Virus record (IMG/VR): IMGVR_UViG_2716884858_000003
Coordinates: 1 to 64,000 of that record
Origin: a virus
Lineage: Duplodnaviria > Caudoviricetes
Length of the DNA: 64,000 nucleotides
Reading direction: 5' to 3' (one strand)
Part shown: one piece after another, positions 27,850 to 36,535 of the stretch
Layout: each line of letters opens with the position of its first letter
Position numbering within the stretch: the first letter of the stretch is position 1
The notes under the pieces: generated by a model
The model's database searches: none
Told to the model about the DNA's origin: nothing
What the model saw: only the letters and a program-made list of their open reading frames with translations
Program-made: the position numbers and the translations under genes

Positions 27850-28808
27850 CCGCCGGACCCGACGAGCGCACGCTGCACGTCATCAACGGCGGCGGCCCCG
27901 AGACCGAGCAGGAGGCGGAGGACCGCATCCGGGAGGAGCTGCACCGCCGTGGCGTGGGCCCGGGCGGTCCGGCCTCCTCGCCGCCGCCCATACCCGCGCA
28001 CCCCCCGGTCGTGCCTGCCCAGCCGGCCGCCGGCGACGTCGACCGGGAGCCGGGGGAGCAGGGCTACGAGGGGTTCACGGACTGGCTGCGCGCCAAGCGG
28101 GCCGCCCTCCAGAAGTCCCGAGACCCGGAGCCGGACGACGCCGAGGACGCCGAGGACGCCACCCCGGCCCGGGCGGCCAACGACCGGCTGCCCCACTGGT
28201 GGGAGCCCCGCAAGCCGAACGTGGGCGAGCTGGACGCCGACGAGGAGGAGCCGGGGGAGGAGCCCGCCCCGCAGACCAAGGCCAAGGGCCGCGGCCCGCG
28301 CACCGCACGCCGCCCGGTGTCCAAGACCAGCCTGCGCCCGCCCGCCGACGACGAGCAGGGCGACGACGAGCAGGGCGACGGCGAGCAGGGCGACGGCGAG
28401 CAGGACGAGGAGGCGGGGGAGGAGCAGGTCCCGGCCGGGCCGCGCTGGTCCCGGCCCGCCCTCGGCTGGCCGCCCGGCCTGCCACCCAAGCGCCAGAACC
28501 TCGTCCAGTGGTGGCGCGAGGTCAAGCCCGAGCACAAGTGGCTGCTGTACCACGGCACCGGCCTGGGCGCGGGCGTGTACTTCGGCGTCTTCGCCTACGG
28601 CACCCGCGGCGCGGAGTTCGTCACCCAGCAGGGCCTGGGCGACCTGGAGGCGGACGTCACCCTGGGCCTGCTCGGCCTGGTCCTGGTCGTGGACTACCGC
28701 GTCCGCAACCTCTTCCCGCCCCTCGCCTGGGCCCTCCGCGCCATCTCCACATCACTGGTCATCGGCGCCGCCTGGAACGGCACCCCCCTCGCCGACCTCA
28801 CGAACTGA
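27846..28808 (+). CDS. Acidic low-complexity protein with C-terminal TM helices
   Basis: ATGA overlap; DEQG repeats; hydrophobic C-terminus. Confidence 0.65.
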   Translation: MTAGPDERTLHVINGGGPETEQEAEDRIREELHRRGVGPGGPASSPPPIPAHPPVVPAQPAAGDVDREPGEQGYEGFTDWLRAKRAALQKSRDPEPDDAEDAEDATPARAANDRLPHWWEPRKPNVGELDADEEEPGEEPAPQTKAKGRGPRTARRPVSKTSLRPPADDEQGDDEQGDGEQGDGEQDEEAGEEQVPAGPRWSRPALGWPPGLPPKRQNLVQWWREVKPEHKWLLYHGTGLGAGVYFGVFAYGTRGAEFVTQQGLGDLEADVTLGLLGLVLVVDYRVRNLFPPLAWALRAISTSLVIGAAWNGTPLADLTN

Positions 28809-28821
28809 ACGGAGCCACCTC

Positions 28822-29220
28822 ATGGACGCAATCCATCTTGGAATCGGCGGCGTCGCCTCCGCCCTGGTCATCGTGCTGTGGTTCGGCACCAAGGGCGGCG
28901 GCAAGCTCGGCACCCTCTCCTGGGGGTGGACGCTGTTCCTCGCCATGGTCGCCGGCTGCGCCTTCAAGGCAGCGGGACAGCCGTGGTCCTGGTTCACCGA
29001 CCTGGTCAACGGCGGCCTGGGCATGATCGGCGACGCCGCGCCCGGTATCACCGCCGCAGGCATGGCCGTCATCCTCATCCTCATCGCCTGCTTCGTGAAA
29101 CTGACCCTGCGCAAGGTCGCGCTGGTCGGCGTGGCGTTCTTCTGCGTCGCCGCCGGCGCGGGCGGCCCCTTCCAGTGGTTCGCCGGCCGTATCGAGGTCG
29201 TCGCCATGCACTGGGCGTGA
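28822..29220 (+). CDS. Gly-rich membrane protein
   Basis: GGAG RBS, about 4 hydrophobic segments. Confidence 0.7.
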   Translation: MDAIHLGIGGVASALVIVLWFGTKGGGKLGTLSWGWTLFLAMVAGCAFKAAGQPWSWFTDLVNGGLGMIGDAAPGITAAGMAVILILIACFVKLTLRKVALVGVAFFCVAAGAGGPFQWFAGRIEVVAMHWA

Positions 29221-30425
29221 CGCCGATGACCGCCGCCCTGCACCTGGTCCCCGACCCCGACGAGCCCACCCCGCCGCCCGATACGGCAGGGGAGCAGCAC
29301 CCCACCGAGGCGGCCCCGGCCGCCGCCGAGGAGGAAGGGGAGGAGCTGCCCGGCGACGTCGAGCCGGGGGAGGAGGACGCCCCCGACGAAGACCAGGCCG
29401 ACCTGGAGGACGAGGAGTCCGCCCCCGGGCGGGCCCTCGCCATGCCCGACCTGCGCCCCTACGTCGATCCCTCATGGATCCCGGCCGTCATCAACGCCAG
29501 CGCCGAGGGCACCCGCCGCTGGCGCCAGCGTGCCCCGGAGCGCAAGGCCGCCCGCCGCGCGGAGAGGAAGAAGAGGGAGGCGGCCGGGGAGTTGTTCGGC
29601 CGGCGCAGGGCGTGGCAGATGGCCGCGGACTACCTGAACGGAACCCGCCTGCTGCTGGGCCACCTGGCCGCCTGGCTGTCGGGGGAGTACGGCCCCAAGG
29701 ACATGAAGGTGCCCGCCCGCCTGGCCGCGCTCGGCATCGCCGGATACTGCGCCGTGCGCACCGTCATGGCCTGGCCCGTCTGGGGCACGGTGGGCATCTT
29801 CACCGTGTGGTGCTGCGCCGCCCTCGGCGCCCTCCACCGGCAGCGCGCCGAGCAGGGCAAGAAGCAGCCCACCGGCACGGCCGCCAAGGGCGTGGCCAAG
29901 GTGCCCGGCCCGCCCCCCGCCGAGGGCCCCGCCGAGGACGCCGACGACTCCCCCGACGAGGCCGCCGACGAGGCCGCGGAGGAGGCTCCTGCAGAGCCCC
30001 CGCCGCCGCCCTCCCGAGAGGCCATCGCGGTGGCCCTTCACGGGCTCGTCGGGGAGGGCCGGGGGGTGTTGCTCACCACCCTCTGCCAGTACCTCTCACT
30101 CCCCCACACCCGGGCCGTCCGGGAGGCGCTGGACGGGGCCGGTATCCGGGTGCGCCCGGGGGTGCGCACGACGGCCGGCAACGGGCCCGGCGTCCACCTC
30201 TCGGATTTCCCGCCGCCGCCCCCCTCTCCTGACCCCGCCCAGGGGACCGGCGTTGTTGCAGGTGAGAGCGCCAACGCCAACACCAACAACGCCGAGAGCG
30301 ACCCTCAGAAGGGGTTGAGTGCAGACGGCAGCTATTGGCCGGAGGGGAAGGACTACCACCTGGAGCCGGACCCCTCCAACCCTCAGCGGACAGTGATCGT
30401 CTACCACCCGGACGACCGGCGATAG
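29217..30425 (+). CDS. Membrane protein with acidic linkers and C-terminal putative wHTH
   Basis: GTGA overlap; two TM; GVLLTTL...VR..L..AGIRVR.GVRT..GNGPGVH. Confidence 0.65.
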   Translation: MTPMTAALHLVPDPDEPTPPPDTAGEQHPTEAAPAAAEEEGEELPGDVEPGEEDAPDEDQADLEDEESAPGRALAMPDLRPYVDPSWIPAVINASAEGTRRWRQRAPERKAARRAERKKREAAGELFGRRRAWQMAADYLNGTRLLLGHLAAWLSGEYGPKDMKVPARLAALGIAGYCAVRTVMAWPVWGTVGIFTVWCCAALGALHRQRAEQGKKQPTGTAAKGVAKVPGPPPAEGPAEDADDSPDEAADEAAEEAPAEPPPPPSREAIAVALHGLVGEGRGVLLTTLCQYLSLPHTRAVREALDGAGIRVRPGVRTTAGNGPGVHLSDFPPPPPSPDPAQGTGVVAGESANANTNNAESDPQKGLSADGSYWPEGKDYHLEPDPSNPQRTVIVYHPDDRR

Positions 30426-30578
30426 CGTCGTCCGCCCGTTCGATAGACGGCGCGCCCGTCTCGGTCAGTTCGAGTCGGGCGCGCCGCTCATGTAACGGAT
30501 CGACACGGAACGGTTACGTACGGCGGCCGTGATCGGTCACCATGGGCAGAGACGTACGCGAGAAGGAGGGCGGCCGGA

Positions 30579-30815
30579 ATGGTCAGGCGGTACCGGTGCG
30601 ACGACTGCGGGGGCACGTCGGGCCTGTGCTTCACGGACGGCATGCTGTGGCGCGAGACGCAGCGCCACCGGCTGCTGGAGCACGCCGGCCTCCGCCCGGA
30701 CGGCGAGCGCGTCATCCACGTTCCGGTCGCCCGGCTGGTGGACGTGCCGCGCGGCCAGGCCATCGCCACGGTGGTCCTGTTCACCGTCCTGGTCGCCTGG
30801 GCGCTCCTGCGCTGA
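30579..30815 (+). CDS. Small zinc-finger membrane protein
   Basis: YRCDDCG...H...H, C-terminal TM; AAGGAGG RBS. Confidence 0.6.
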   Translation: MVRRYRCDDCGGTSGLCFTDGMLWRETQRHRLLEHAGLRPDGERVIHVPVARLVDVPRGQAIATVVLFTVLVAWALLR

Positions 30816-30840
30816 CCGCGCTCGCTCCCCCGCCCACAGT

Positions 30841-30876
30841 AAAGGGCCCGCGCTCCCCGTGGAGTGCGGGCCCTTT
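30841..30876. terminator. Bidirectional intrinsic terminator
   Basis: AAAGGGCCCGCGCTCC...GGAGTGCGGGCCCTTT between convergent genes. Confidence 0.8.
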
Positions 30877-30897
30877 CTGCCGCCTACGGCGCGGGCG

Positions 30898-31404
30898 CTA
30901 CGAGGCGCCGGCGGCTGCCTTCTTCCTGGCCTCCCGGCCCCACCGCATGATCGTGTTGCGGTCGAACTCGGAGGCGTCCGCCAGGGTCTGGGCGCTGGCG
31001 TGGTTGTCCAGGTAGTGCTGGGTGGCGGCGGCCTGGAGGGCGGCGTGCGTCTTGCTCTCGCGCTCCTCGGCCTTGGTGAAGTCGGTGGTGAGCCGGTCCA
31101 GCTCCGCCAGGGCGGCGGCCACCACTTCCGGGTCGTAGACAGGCACCTCGGCCGGCTGGCCTTTGACGCGTAGCGGCTTGACGCCGGCGTTGCGCGCGAT
31201 CACGCCGACGTGGTTGCGGTCGTAGGGGGTGTGGTCGGAGACCTCCCCGGGTGGGGCGTTGCGCTCCCGCAGGTGGCGCACGATCGCCTCTTGCAGGGCG
31301 TCCCGGGCGGCGGTGACGGCGTCCTTATCGGCGCTCAGCTTGGCGCGCTGGCGCTTGAGCTCGCGGACAGCACGAGCCTCGGTGGTGGGGTCGTAGGTCG
31401 GCAT
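30898..31404 (-). CDS. Tandem two-domain HTH-like regulator (candidate repressor of the 28-bp operators)
   Basis: Internal repeat YDP....A..EL...ALQ.A...H.....DRN; divergent from first operator. Confidence 0.65.
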   Translation of the reverse strand: MPTYDPTTEARAVRELKRQRAKLSADKDAVTAARDALQEAIVRHLRERNAPPGEVSDHTPYDRNHVGVIARNAGVKPLRVKGQPAEVPVYDPEVVAAALAELDRLTTDFTKAEERESKTHAALQAAATQHYLDNHASAQTLADASEFDRNTIMRWGREARKKAAAGAS

Positions 31405-31462
31405 GCCCAGCACTATGCCATATCGGGTTGCAATGTGGAAGCGCAGTAGTGCGCCGTGCGGG

Positions 31463-31496
31463 GCAACTTGACATTGCAATACTGAGTTGCAAGTAT
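31463..31496 (+). promoter_or_regulatory. 28-bp symmetric operator overlapping a sigma70-type promoter
   Basis: GCAACT-TGAC-ATTGCAAT-ACTG-AGTTGC; TTGACA-17 bp-AAGTAT. Confidence 0.82.
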
Positions 31497-31545
31497 GTGG
31501 GTGTCAGGACGGGCGAGGGGCCCGGCCGGAACGGAAGGACACGCC

Positions 31546-32610
31546 ATGAACACCACCACCGCCCCGGCCCAGGTCGGCAAGGGCCGCACCGTCCACCAGG
31601 TCCCCACCGGCGAGATGGTGACCCTGTGCGGCAGCACCGCCACCAGCGTCCTGACCGCCGCCGAGGCCCAGAAGGGCAAGGCGTGCGCCAAGTGCACCAA
31701 GATCGCCGCCCTGCGGACCGCCGCGGCCGCCACCGAGGCCCCGGCCGCCGAGGAGGCGCCCGCCGCCCCGGCCGAGCAGACCCCCGCCGAGGCCGCCCCG
31801 GCCGCCGAGATCGCCCCGGCCGTGGAGGCCGCCCCGGTGTGGCGCACCCTCAAGGGTGCGGGCACCAGTGGCGCGTTCATGATCTACGGCGACCTGCACG
31901 AGGCGCGCGGCAAGCTGATCTTCACCTCCTGGGGCACCGCGAAGCAGATCAAGGGCCAGCCGTACACCTTCACCCGCCAGTGGACCGAGAACCGCGGCTT
32001 CAACCGCTACCTGGAGGACGCCCTGGGCCGCACCGTGGAGTTCAACGGCGGCGTGGCCACCAGGGTCTGGATGGTGGACGGCGTCCCGACCCCGGCCGCC
32101 GAGCAGGCCCCCGCCGAGGAGCCCGAGGCCCCGGCCGTCGAGGAGGCCCCGGAGGCGGACGACGCCCCCGTCGAGGAGGCCCCCGAGATGGCTGCCGCCC
32201 CGGCCGGGCAGGTCCAGGTGACCGCCTACACCGCCGCCCGGGAGGCCCTGCATATCAACGGCCAGGACAACGACGACCGCACCCTGACCCTGGACGCCTC
32301 CGCCGTCCAGGAGACCGTGGCCGCCATGCGCCGCGTGCCCCGCTGGAACGCCGCACAGGAGCGGTTCACGGTCAACAAGGTCGCGCTGATCGTGGCCCAG
32401 GACGCCCAGGGGCAGCGCGTGTGGGTGCGCGGCGAGGCCGCCCCGATCCGGGTGGACCTCGCAGGCAACCCGGTCGCCGAGGACGCCCCCGCCGAGGTCG
32501 GCACCGTGGACATGGCCGCCGTCCTGGCCGCCACCCGGGTGCTGCGCCGCCGCGCGGAGGTCCGGCGGGTCATCGACAACCGCACCGCCGCCCGCGCCGC
32601 CAGCGCCTGA
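31546..32610 (+). CDS. Hypothetical early protein with acidic APAEE linkers
   Basis: AAGGA RBS; VH...LCG...CAKC N-terminal motif. Confidence 0.75.
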   Translation: MNTTTAPAQVGKGRTVHQVPTGEMVTLCGSTATSVLTAAEAQKGKACAKCTKIAALRTAAAATEAPAAEEAPAAPAEQTPAEAAPAAEIAPAVEAAPVWRTLKGAGTSGAFMIYGDLHEARGKLIFTSWGTAKQIKGQPYTFTRQWTENRGFNRYLEDALGRTVEFNGGVATRVWMVDGVPTPAAEQAPAEEPEAPAVEEAPEADDAPVEEAPEMAAAPAGQVQVTAYTAAREALHINGQDNDDRTLTLDASAVQETVAAMRRVPRWNAAQERFTVNKVALIVAQDAQGQRVWVRGEAAPIRVDLAGNPVAEDAPAEVGTVDMAAVLAATRVLRRRAEVRRVIDNRTAARAASA

Positions 32611-32700
32611 CCGACCGGCCCCGCCCAGGGGGACCGGGGCGCCGGCCGTTCCGGGGCCCTCGTACGACGCACGGGTGAACCGACCATGCAACCCCACAAA

Positions 32701-32734
32701 GCAACTTGACATTGCAATGTAGAGTTGCGAGAGT
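32701..32734 (+). promoter_or_regulatory. 28-bp symmetric operator/promoter copy
   Basis: GCAACT-TGAC-ATTGCAAT-GTAG-AGTTGC; TTGACA-17 bp-GAGAGT. Confidence 0.82.
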
Positions 32735-32785
32735 GTGAGTGTCAGGACGGGCGAGGGGCCCGGACGGAACCGGAGGGACAGCGCA

Positions 32786-33547
32786 ATGAACACCACCGCC
32801 AAGGCCGCGCAGCAGATCGCCCGCCTCGTTGAGGCCGAGGACGCCCTCACCACCGCCCGCCGCGAGGAGGCCCGCACCGCCAAGACGGCGGAGCGCGCCA
32901 CCGCCCGCGCCAAGGCCGCCCGCGCCAAGGTCGCCCCCGCCCGCACCGAACTGCGCAAGGCGGAGCGCGCCGGTAAGGGCGTGGCCGCCGCCACCCGCCG
33001 CCTGGCTGCCCGCATGGCCAAGGCCGCCGACCTGGCCCAGACCGCCCGGGAGGCCCGCTACGCCGCCCGCCTGGCCGCCCGCGCCGCCACCACCGCCGCC
33101 CGCCGACTGGACCGCCTGGCCCTGCGCGCCGCCACCACCGCCACCCGCATGGTGGGCGAGGTCGCCCAGCGCATGGGCGAGCGCGTGGCCACCCCCGCCG
33201 CCGAGCAGGACAAGACCCTGCCGGTGGAGGAGCTGCCCGCGGTCGCCGACATCGAGCAGCGCGCGGAGCGCTTCAAGACCCTGGACACCGAGGCCAAGGC
33301 CAAGGCCAAGCTGGCCGACGCCGAGAAGAAGTGGCTCCGCCGCCTGCCCGTGGGCACCTACGGCCGCGTGACCGTCACCCGCACCAACGGCGGCACCGTC
33401 ATCGACGCCGACCAGGTCGCCGTGGACTACCTGGACAACGGCCTGGGAGTGCCCCCGCGCAAGGGCCGCAAGGACACCTTCAAGGTCGCCCTGGAGGCCC
33501 CGGCGGTCGAGACCGCCGACCACGTGGCCCTGGTGATCGCAGCCTGA
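32786..33547 (+). CDS. Ala/Arg-rich coiled-coil hypothetical protein
   Basis: GGAGG RBS; helical N-terminus. Confidence 0.72.
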   Translation: MNTTAKAAQQIARLVEAEDALTTARREEARTAKTAERATARAKAARAKVAPARTELRKAERAGKGVAAATRRLAARMAKAADLAQTAREARYAARLAARAATTAARRLDRLALRAATTATRMVGEVAQRMGERVATPAAEQDKTLPVEELPAVADIEQRAERFKTLDTEAKAKAKLADAEKKWLRRLPVGTYGRVTVTRTNGGTVIDADQVAVDYLDNGLGVPPRKGRKDTFKVALEAPAVETADHVALVIAA

Positions 33548-33614
33548 CCCACAACCCCCACCCCGCCGGGCACCGTACGGTGCCCGGCCCCACCGAAGGA
33601 ACGGAGCACACCCC

Positions 33615-34040
33615 ATGTCGATCCTGCCCCGCTACACCCCCGAGGTTCACCTGACCGCCCTCCGCGAGGAGCTGACCGCCGCCGGCATCGAGCTGGGCCC
33701 CGTCAAGCCGGGCACCCGCGTGACCCGCGTCGTGGACCACGGCGGAATCCGCTGGGAGCTGACGTTCCTCGGAGACCGCTACGGGTGGGCCCTGCGCGGC
33801 CCCGGCATTGAGCACGGCGTGGGCATGGACGCCCCGGAGGCCGCCGAGCGCATCGCCGCCGCCGCCCTGGATGCCGAGGAGCCCGGCATCCCGGCACCGG
33901 CCACCTGGCGCGGCGTGCCCGTGCCCGAGGAGTACGCCACCCGCTGGGACAGCCCGGCCGCCGTCGCCTGGCGAGAGGGAGCAGGCGCCGCCCTGGCCGT
34001 CGCCAAGCTGACCGCCGTCGCCGCCCAGGGTGACAGCTGA
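33615..34040 (+). CDS. Hypothetical early protein
   Basis: GGAG RBS. Confidence 0.7.
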   Translation: MSILPRYTPEVHLTALREELTAAGIELGPVKPGTRVTRVVDHGGIRWELTFLGDRYGWALRGPGIEHGVGMDAPEAAERIAAAALDAEEPGIPAPATWRGVPVPEEYATRWDSPAAVAWREGAGAALAVAKLTAVAAQGDS

Positions 34041-34105
34041 CCCCCGCCCCCACCGCCCGGGCGCACCCGATAGGCGCCCGGCCCCCCACGGAAGGAGCCA
34101 CCGCC

Positions 34106-34288
34106 ATGGCCGCACCTGCCCTGTACGGAGTCGCCGCCCGCTCCGTCGCCACCGGCGACCTGATCACCTGCGACTCCGCGTTCGACCTGGAGGACCTGCC
34201 TGCCCTGCTGGAGGGCTACCGCATCCGCTACGCGGACCGCGACGACGTGCTGATCGACCTGGACACCACCCCCCTGGCCGCCAACTGA
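34106..34288 (+). CDS. Small acidic hypothetical protein
   Basis: AAGGAG RBS; flanked by CCCGAT hairpins. Confidence 0.65.
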   Translation: MAAPALYGVAARSVATGDLITCDSAFDLEDLPALLEGYRIRYADRDDVLIDLDTTPLAAN

Positions 34289-34409
34289 CCCCACCCACCC
34301 GGGCCGGGGCGGGCGCACCCGATGGGCGCCCGCCCCGGCCCCTGCTGCTGGAGGCCCCTGGGTGACCCGCAGGGGTGAACCTCTCGCCATGCGGCACGCA
34401 CTCCACATT

Positions 34410-34443
34410 GCAACTTGACATTGCAATGTCGAGTTGCAATCAT
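34410..34443 (+). promoter_or_regulatory. 28-bp symmetric operator/promoter copy
   Basis: GCAACT-TGAC-ATTGCAAT-GTCG-AGTTGC; TTGACA-17 bp-AATCAT. Confidence 0.82.
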
Positions 34444-34496
34444 GGCGAACACCGGGAAGGGCGCAGGGCCCGACCGGAACCCCCCAGGAGCACCAG

Positions 34497-35012
34497 ATGG
34501 CCGCCACCACCGCCGCCCGCACCGCCACCCCGTACGCGTACCGCCAGTGCGCCGCCCGCGCCCGCGACCTAGCGGACATCCTCCGCACCCGCCTGGACGG
34601 CCACCCCCACCGCAGCGAGCTGCTGGTGTTCATCGGCCACCTGCACACCGCCGCCGAGGGGTTCGAGACCGCCGAGCCCCTGGTCATGGACGGCGTGACG
34701 ATCCCCAACGTCGCCCCCGCCGAGGGCCACCTGCCCCTGCTCATGGCCGCCGGCCACGCCGCCGACCACCCGGAGGTCGGCATCTCGGAGGCCGTGTTCG
34801 CCTACGTCACCGCCCCCGTCACCCGCCGCACCTACCGCCTGGAGCCGCTGACCGGCGGCGGCCTCGAGGACGCCGAGCTGCGCACCCGCATCGCCCTGGC
34901 GGAGCACGACCTGGCCACCGAGGGCGACCCCACCACCCGCTACGCCCTCCTGGCCACCCTCGTGCAGCTCCACGGCGACCACCTCGCCCGCGGCGGCCAG
35001 GTCGCCGCCTGA
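34497..35012 (+). CDS. Hypothetical early protein
   Basis: AGGAG RBS. Confidence 0.7.
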   Translation: MAATTAARTATPYAYRQCAARARDLADILRTRLDGHPHRSELLVFIGHLHTAAEGFETAEPLVMDGVTIPNVAPAEGHLPLLMAAGHAADHPEVGISEAVFAYVTAPVTRRTYRLEPLTGGGLEDAELRTRIALAEHDLATEGDPTTRYALLATLVQLHGDHLARGGQVAA

Positions 35013-35097
35013 CCCGCCCCCGTCAGGCCGGGCGCACCCGATATGCGCCCGGCCCCCGGCCCCACTCCCCAGCGCCACCAGGAACGGAGCACCACCC

Positions 35098-35835
35098 ATG
35101 CGCTATTACGCCACCGCCCAGAACATCGGCGGCCGGGCCGTCCAGTGCGACGCCGCCGCCGTGCACACCGCCCCTGGGGGCGCACGCGCCTACGTCTTGC
35201 TTGACGGCATCGGTGACAAGCCGCACGTGCGCGACTGGACCCGCACCGCCGCCCGCCGCCTCGCCCGCAGCGCCGCCCAGCTCCTCGACGCCGCCGCCGG
35301 CCTGCGCGGGGAATACATCCGCTACGCCGCCGAGCCGGACCGCCACGGCCCCCGGGGAGCGGGCCCCATGGCGTGCGCCGTCGTGGCCGTCGAGGCCCCT
35401 GGCCGGCCGCTCACCGTCGCCTGGTGCGGCGACGTGCGCGCCTACTGGCTCGTGCGCGGCACCCTGCGCTGCCTCACCCAGGACCACAACCTGCGCCGCG
35501 TGTTCCCGCCCTGCGAGACGTACCCGGCGGGCGGCAGTCGCCACGCGGTCACCAGCTGCCTCGGCTCCGTCAATGGCGACGAGGAGCTGATGCGCGAGGT
35601 CCGGCACCCGGCCATCGAGACGGCCGCCATCGGCGCCGAGCGCGGGCGCCTGCTGCTCGCCTGCGACGGCGCATACGAGCCCCACGAGGACGCCGGACAC
35701 CAGCTCTCCGACCTGCTGTACGGCCCGCCCGCCGAGGCCGCCCGCCGCGTCGTCAACGACGCCGTGGCCACCGCCCTGACCGTCACCCACCGGCCGGACA
35801 ACGCCACCGCCCTGGTGGCCGACCTGTACGTGTAA
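35098..35835 (+). CDS. PP2C/PPM-family Ser/Thr phosphatase
   Basis: R..QCDA, LLDGIG, AWCGDVRAY, LTQDH, LLLACDG, DNAT motifs. Confidence 0.85.
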   Translation: MRYYATAQNIGGRAVQCDAAAVHTAPGGARAYVLLDGIGDKPHVRDWTRTAARRLARSAAQLLDAAAGLRGEYIRYAAEPDRHGPRGAGPMACAVVAVEAPGRPLTVAWCGDVRAYWLVRGTLRCLTQDHNLRRVFPPCETYPAGGSRHAVTSCLGSVNGDEELMREVRHPAIETAAIGAERGRLLLACDGAYEPHEDAGHQLSDLLYGPPAEAARRVVNDAVATALTVTHRPDNATALVADLYV

Positions 35836-35926
35836 CCGCAGGCCGGACGATGTCCGGACGCGTCCGCCCCCTGTTCTGGGACGCGTCCGGACATCGGCCC
35901 GGGGTGGCGCGCCCGACACCCATATT

Positions 35927-35960
35927 GCAACTTGACATTGCAATATGGAGTTGCCAATAT
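35927..35960 (+). promoter_or_regulatory. 28-bp symmetric operator/promoter copy
   Basis: GCAACT-TGAC-ATTGCAAT-ATGG-AGTTGC; TTGACA-17 bp-CAATAT. Confidence 0.82.
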
Positions 35961-36009
35961 GGATCACGTGAGGGAGGGCAAACGGCCCGACCGGAACGGA
36001 GCGAACGCC

Positions 36010-36186
36010 ATGAATACCTACACCGTCGGCCAGCGCGTACGGATCACCGTCGACCTGGACCCCGAGAAGTACCCGATCGGCACCGAGACCACCGTCACCG
36101 GCCACTGTGACCTGAGCGGCTTCCCGTGCATCACCCTCGGCGGCCAGACCGTGACCATGATCCCCGGCCACCTCCTCCCCGCCTGA
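36010..36186 (+). CDS. Small SH3-like-barrel hypothetical protein
   Basis: YTVGQRVRI...GTE.TVTG; GGAG RBS. Confidence 0.6.
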   Translation: MNTYTVGQRVRITVDLDPEKYPIGTETTVTGHCDLSGFPCITLGGQTVTMIPGHLLPA

Positions 36187-36283
36187 CCCAACGCCAGGCG
36201 CCGGGGGCCGCACCCGATATGCGGCCCCCGGCGTTCACCCACCGAGACCGGCCACCAGCCACAGGCCCCCGAAAGGAACCCCG

Positions 36284-36535
36284 ATGCGCCTGCGCTACTC
36301 GATCCCACTGCCCGGCCCGTTCTCCGTCGGCGGAGGCGTCAACCTCGGCGGCGGGGGTAAGGCGCTCGGCTACCTGTTCGTGCTCCCGATCATGCTCCTG
36401 CCCTACCTGCTGCTGGGCGAGGCGTGGCTGATGTGGTGGTGCCTCAAGCCCTGGTACATCGCCGGCGTGCTCGTACACCGCAAGGTCACCGGCCGGCCCA
36501 CGCCCATCTGGCGCTCCCGCAACGGCTGGTGGTAA
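36284..36535 (+). CDS. Small membrane protein
   Basis: AAAGGA RBS, hydrophobic. Confidence 0.6.
   Translation: MRLRYSIPLPGPFSVGGGVNLGGGGKALGYLFVLPIMLLPYLLLGEAWLMWWCLKPWYIAGVLVHRKVTGRPTPIWRSRNGWW

Noticed and set aside
28348-28410. GACGAGCAGGGC-type tandem repeats
   Set aside because: Simple coding repeat for an acidic DEQG linker
29273-29287. GCCG-CCCGATA-CGGC mini hairpin
   Set aside because: Only a 4-bp stem and inside a coding region; could be chance, so not counted in the family
31463-36233. Repeated motifs as a CRISPR array
   Set aside because: Repeats are separated by whole genes of variable length, and no cas genes were seen
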